From: Eledone cirrhosa
Taxonomy: Eukaryota
Direction of reading: 5' to 3'
Assembly: GCA_964016885.1 (NCBI GenBank)
Contig: OZ024741.1
Span: 111,166,001 to 111,230,000, forward strand
DNA length: 64,000 bases
A program made the translations under genes and the position numbers. The notes under the pieces were generated by a model. The model worked only from the letters and a program-made list of their open reading frames with translations. It was not told the DNA's origin and made no database searches. Shown one piece after another: positions 61,786-64,000 of the stretch (the stretch's first letter is position 1; the number at the start of each line of letters is the position of its first letter).

Positions 61786-61924
61786 CGGAAAAAATGAAAT
61801 TTCATTTCTCACTCTTAGTACGGCTGATACTTAAATGTAAGTATGTATACGTACATACATATATGTATACAGACGTACAGCAGTATGTACATACATACAT
61901 GCATACATATATATATGTACGTAT

Positions 61925-62171
61925 GGGTTTACCGAACATTTATTATAATGTTCGGTTTGTTTGTAAACAAACAGCCCGAATTAAGCCGTACAGTGTTTGG
62001 CAACTATCGTTGCCATTTTGTTCAACACTGACAAAGGAACGATGAACTAGTTTCGAGCTTCTTATTTTCTTTACATATTGTCCACGCATGCAGTTTTTCC
62101 ACGATTAGGGCTGTTGGCAGCCCGCGTTCCAAAATACCTCATCCCGTGCAACGCCGGGTACCACTGTTTGT
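61925..62171 (+). mobile_element. possible non-autonomous Helitron 3' end
   Basis: GC-rich hairpin cccg tgcaacgc cggg (62143-62158) about 10 nt before a TA tract; the terminal CTAG is not intact (tttg). Confidence 0.35.
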
Positions 62172-62179
62172 ATATATAT

Positions 62180-62790
62180 AAAATAGGAAAATCTTCTTTA
62201 GGCTCCTCGAAAAACACTTCCCACCACAACACCACTACCACAACATAATCAACAAAAACGCTATCAAACTCTCCTACAGCACCACACCCAACTTCGCACA
62301 AAACATCACCTCCTCAAACAACAAGAAACTCAACTCCTATGGAAGAAACAACCTAGACTTTAGTGGAGAGCCGACCAGGGGTGTAACAGCCGTGATAATT
62401 CTACGTGCCCCCTCAACAACAGATGCCGAGAACGTAACGTCATCTACTAATGCAGGGTGAGGACGGAAAACTCCAACAAAGTCTATATAGGATTAACCGC
62501 TTGTGACTTTAAGACCCGGCTCTACCAACACCGACATACGTTCAGAAGCCCGGCCCGGTGACATGCCACTACACTTTCGGGCCACATCTAGGACCTCCAA
62601 GATAATAATATCACATACCATCTTACTTGGAACTTACTTTCCAGGGCTAACTCCTACACGGGAGGTCGCCGTCCGTGTAACTTATGCTCGGAGGAAACAA
62701 TACAAATGCTGTTTACGAAGGACCAACTCCTAAATAAAAAAGACAAACTTGTAACTGCATGTAAACACCGATTGCGTAGGACTTACCTCG
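62180..62790 (+). mobile_element. degenerate PLE GIY-YIG region (Hydra-like)
   Basis: IGKIFFRLLEKHFP, IKLSYS, CPLNNRC..NVIY..VYIGLT..FKTR, CNLCSEE, LLNKK, CKHR; stops and frameshifts. Confidence 0.72.
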
Positions 62791-63072
62791 CCCTCAAACC
62801 CCCTCATGACCCGGGTGGGTAGACAATGGCTGTAACATCCTTCTTTTCCCCACTTGCCGAACAAGATAGGGGAAACCCCAGCATACATAGGTAGATGTTC
62901 TTCTTTTCTTTTTCCCTTCAACTCTTCTTCTCACTTCCTTCCACTCCCTCTCCTCTTCCTTTTCCTTTTTCCTCTTTCGCTTACCCTGAGCAGCCCATCG
63001 GGTTTTTGTAGCCTCAGTACCCCCACCCCAGTAAATTCTATATAGCATTGGCCGAAAATGCAATACCAGCTA

Positions 63073-64000
63073 AATTTCCCCACTCCGCGGCTTCCATCGA
63101 CTTCCAGTGCTCTGCACCTTTTTATGCAGCTGTCATCCTTCATACACATCACATCTCCATACCAACGCAACCGCCTCTCCTGCACACAGCATTTGATTCC
63201 TCTTATGCTCAGTCTCTTTCTTAATTCGTTTATGCTTTGCCGTTCGCGTATATTACTATTACACATCCATCGGAGCATGCAGGCTTCGTTTCTTTCTAAT
63301 CTACGCAAGTCTTCTACAGACAGCGCCCAGGTCTCACTACCATGTAAAATTGCTGTTCGTATACACGCATCATACAGCCTGCCCTTCATTTTGAGGGAAA
63401 GGCCTTTTGCAGCTAGCAGTGGCAGTAGCTCCCTGAACTTCTTCCATCCTGTTCTTACCCTAGTTATTGTACTTTCTGAACACCCACCCCCGCTGCTAAT
63501 TCAGTCACCTAAGTAGCAGAAGCTATCTACTGTTTCTGCAGAGCCCTCCCAGAGTTTGGCGCTGCTTGTTTCTTGTGGCTGTTTGCTGCTTGCTATCCCA
63601 GTGCAGCTGCTACATGTGAAGCCTACATCCTTATTTAAGCTTCCTGAGATCCCACTACATCTCTTGTGTACCCATTGTTTGCATTTGGGGCAGAGAATGG
63701 AGTTCCTACCTACACCTTTCCTACATACTGAGCAAGGCCATTTCCCTGAGGGGATCAGGGTTCTGTTTTTTCGTCTACTTACAAGGACCTTAGTCTTTGT
63801 CAGGTTGACTTTGAGACTCCTTCTTTCTAGTTCCTGCTGCCATGTTTGGAATTTCTTCTCTAGTTCTACCATAGCTTCAGCTATTAGTACGTGATCATCT
63901 GCATACAGGAGTTCCCATGGGCATCCGGTCTTAAACTCCTTCGTTATTGCCTGATGAACAGGAGAGGGCTAAGAACAGAGCCCCGGTGGACACCAACCTG
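63073..64000 (-). mobile_element. RTE LINE, related subfamily; runs off the window end
   Basis: PWELLYADD, the same PHD-type finger, YLGD, RRLRWYG; truncated after GSRGVG. Confidence 0.9.

Overview
Repeat-rich animal DNA. The AT-rich introns, very long (TA)n/(CA)n microsatellites and the SINE/RTE repertoire suggest an octopod cephalopod (inference). One host gene is present: the last 10 coding exons (+ strand, 1831-32506, all GT-AG and phase-consistent, about 416 codons plus stop) of a patatin-like phospholipase with the DGG motif and an inserted EF-hand. The ORF track misses most of it. The rest is mostly transposable elements: RTE LINEs with a PHD-type finger inside the RT, two CR1/L2-type LINEs, a near full-length Tx1/L1-type LINE, an R4/Dong-type LINE, two GIY-YIG Penelope-like elements (PLEs, Naiad-like), two other PLE endonuclease fragments, mariner and hAT transposons, and tRNA-derived SINEs. 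The most notable signal is seven minimal type-I hammerhead ribozyme motifs, each lying roughly 50-115 nt from a TA-rich or (CA)n end of an element. Three are TTGAAAA (U3-A8 covariant) variants at the PLE 3' ends. One PLE is enclosed by 0.7-0.9 kb inverted repeats. Several fold-back palindromes lie in or near the gene's introns. All calls were made by eye; no searches or folding were run.
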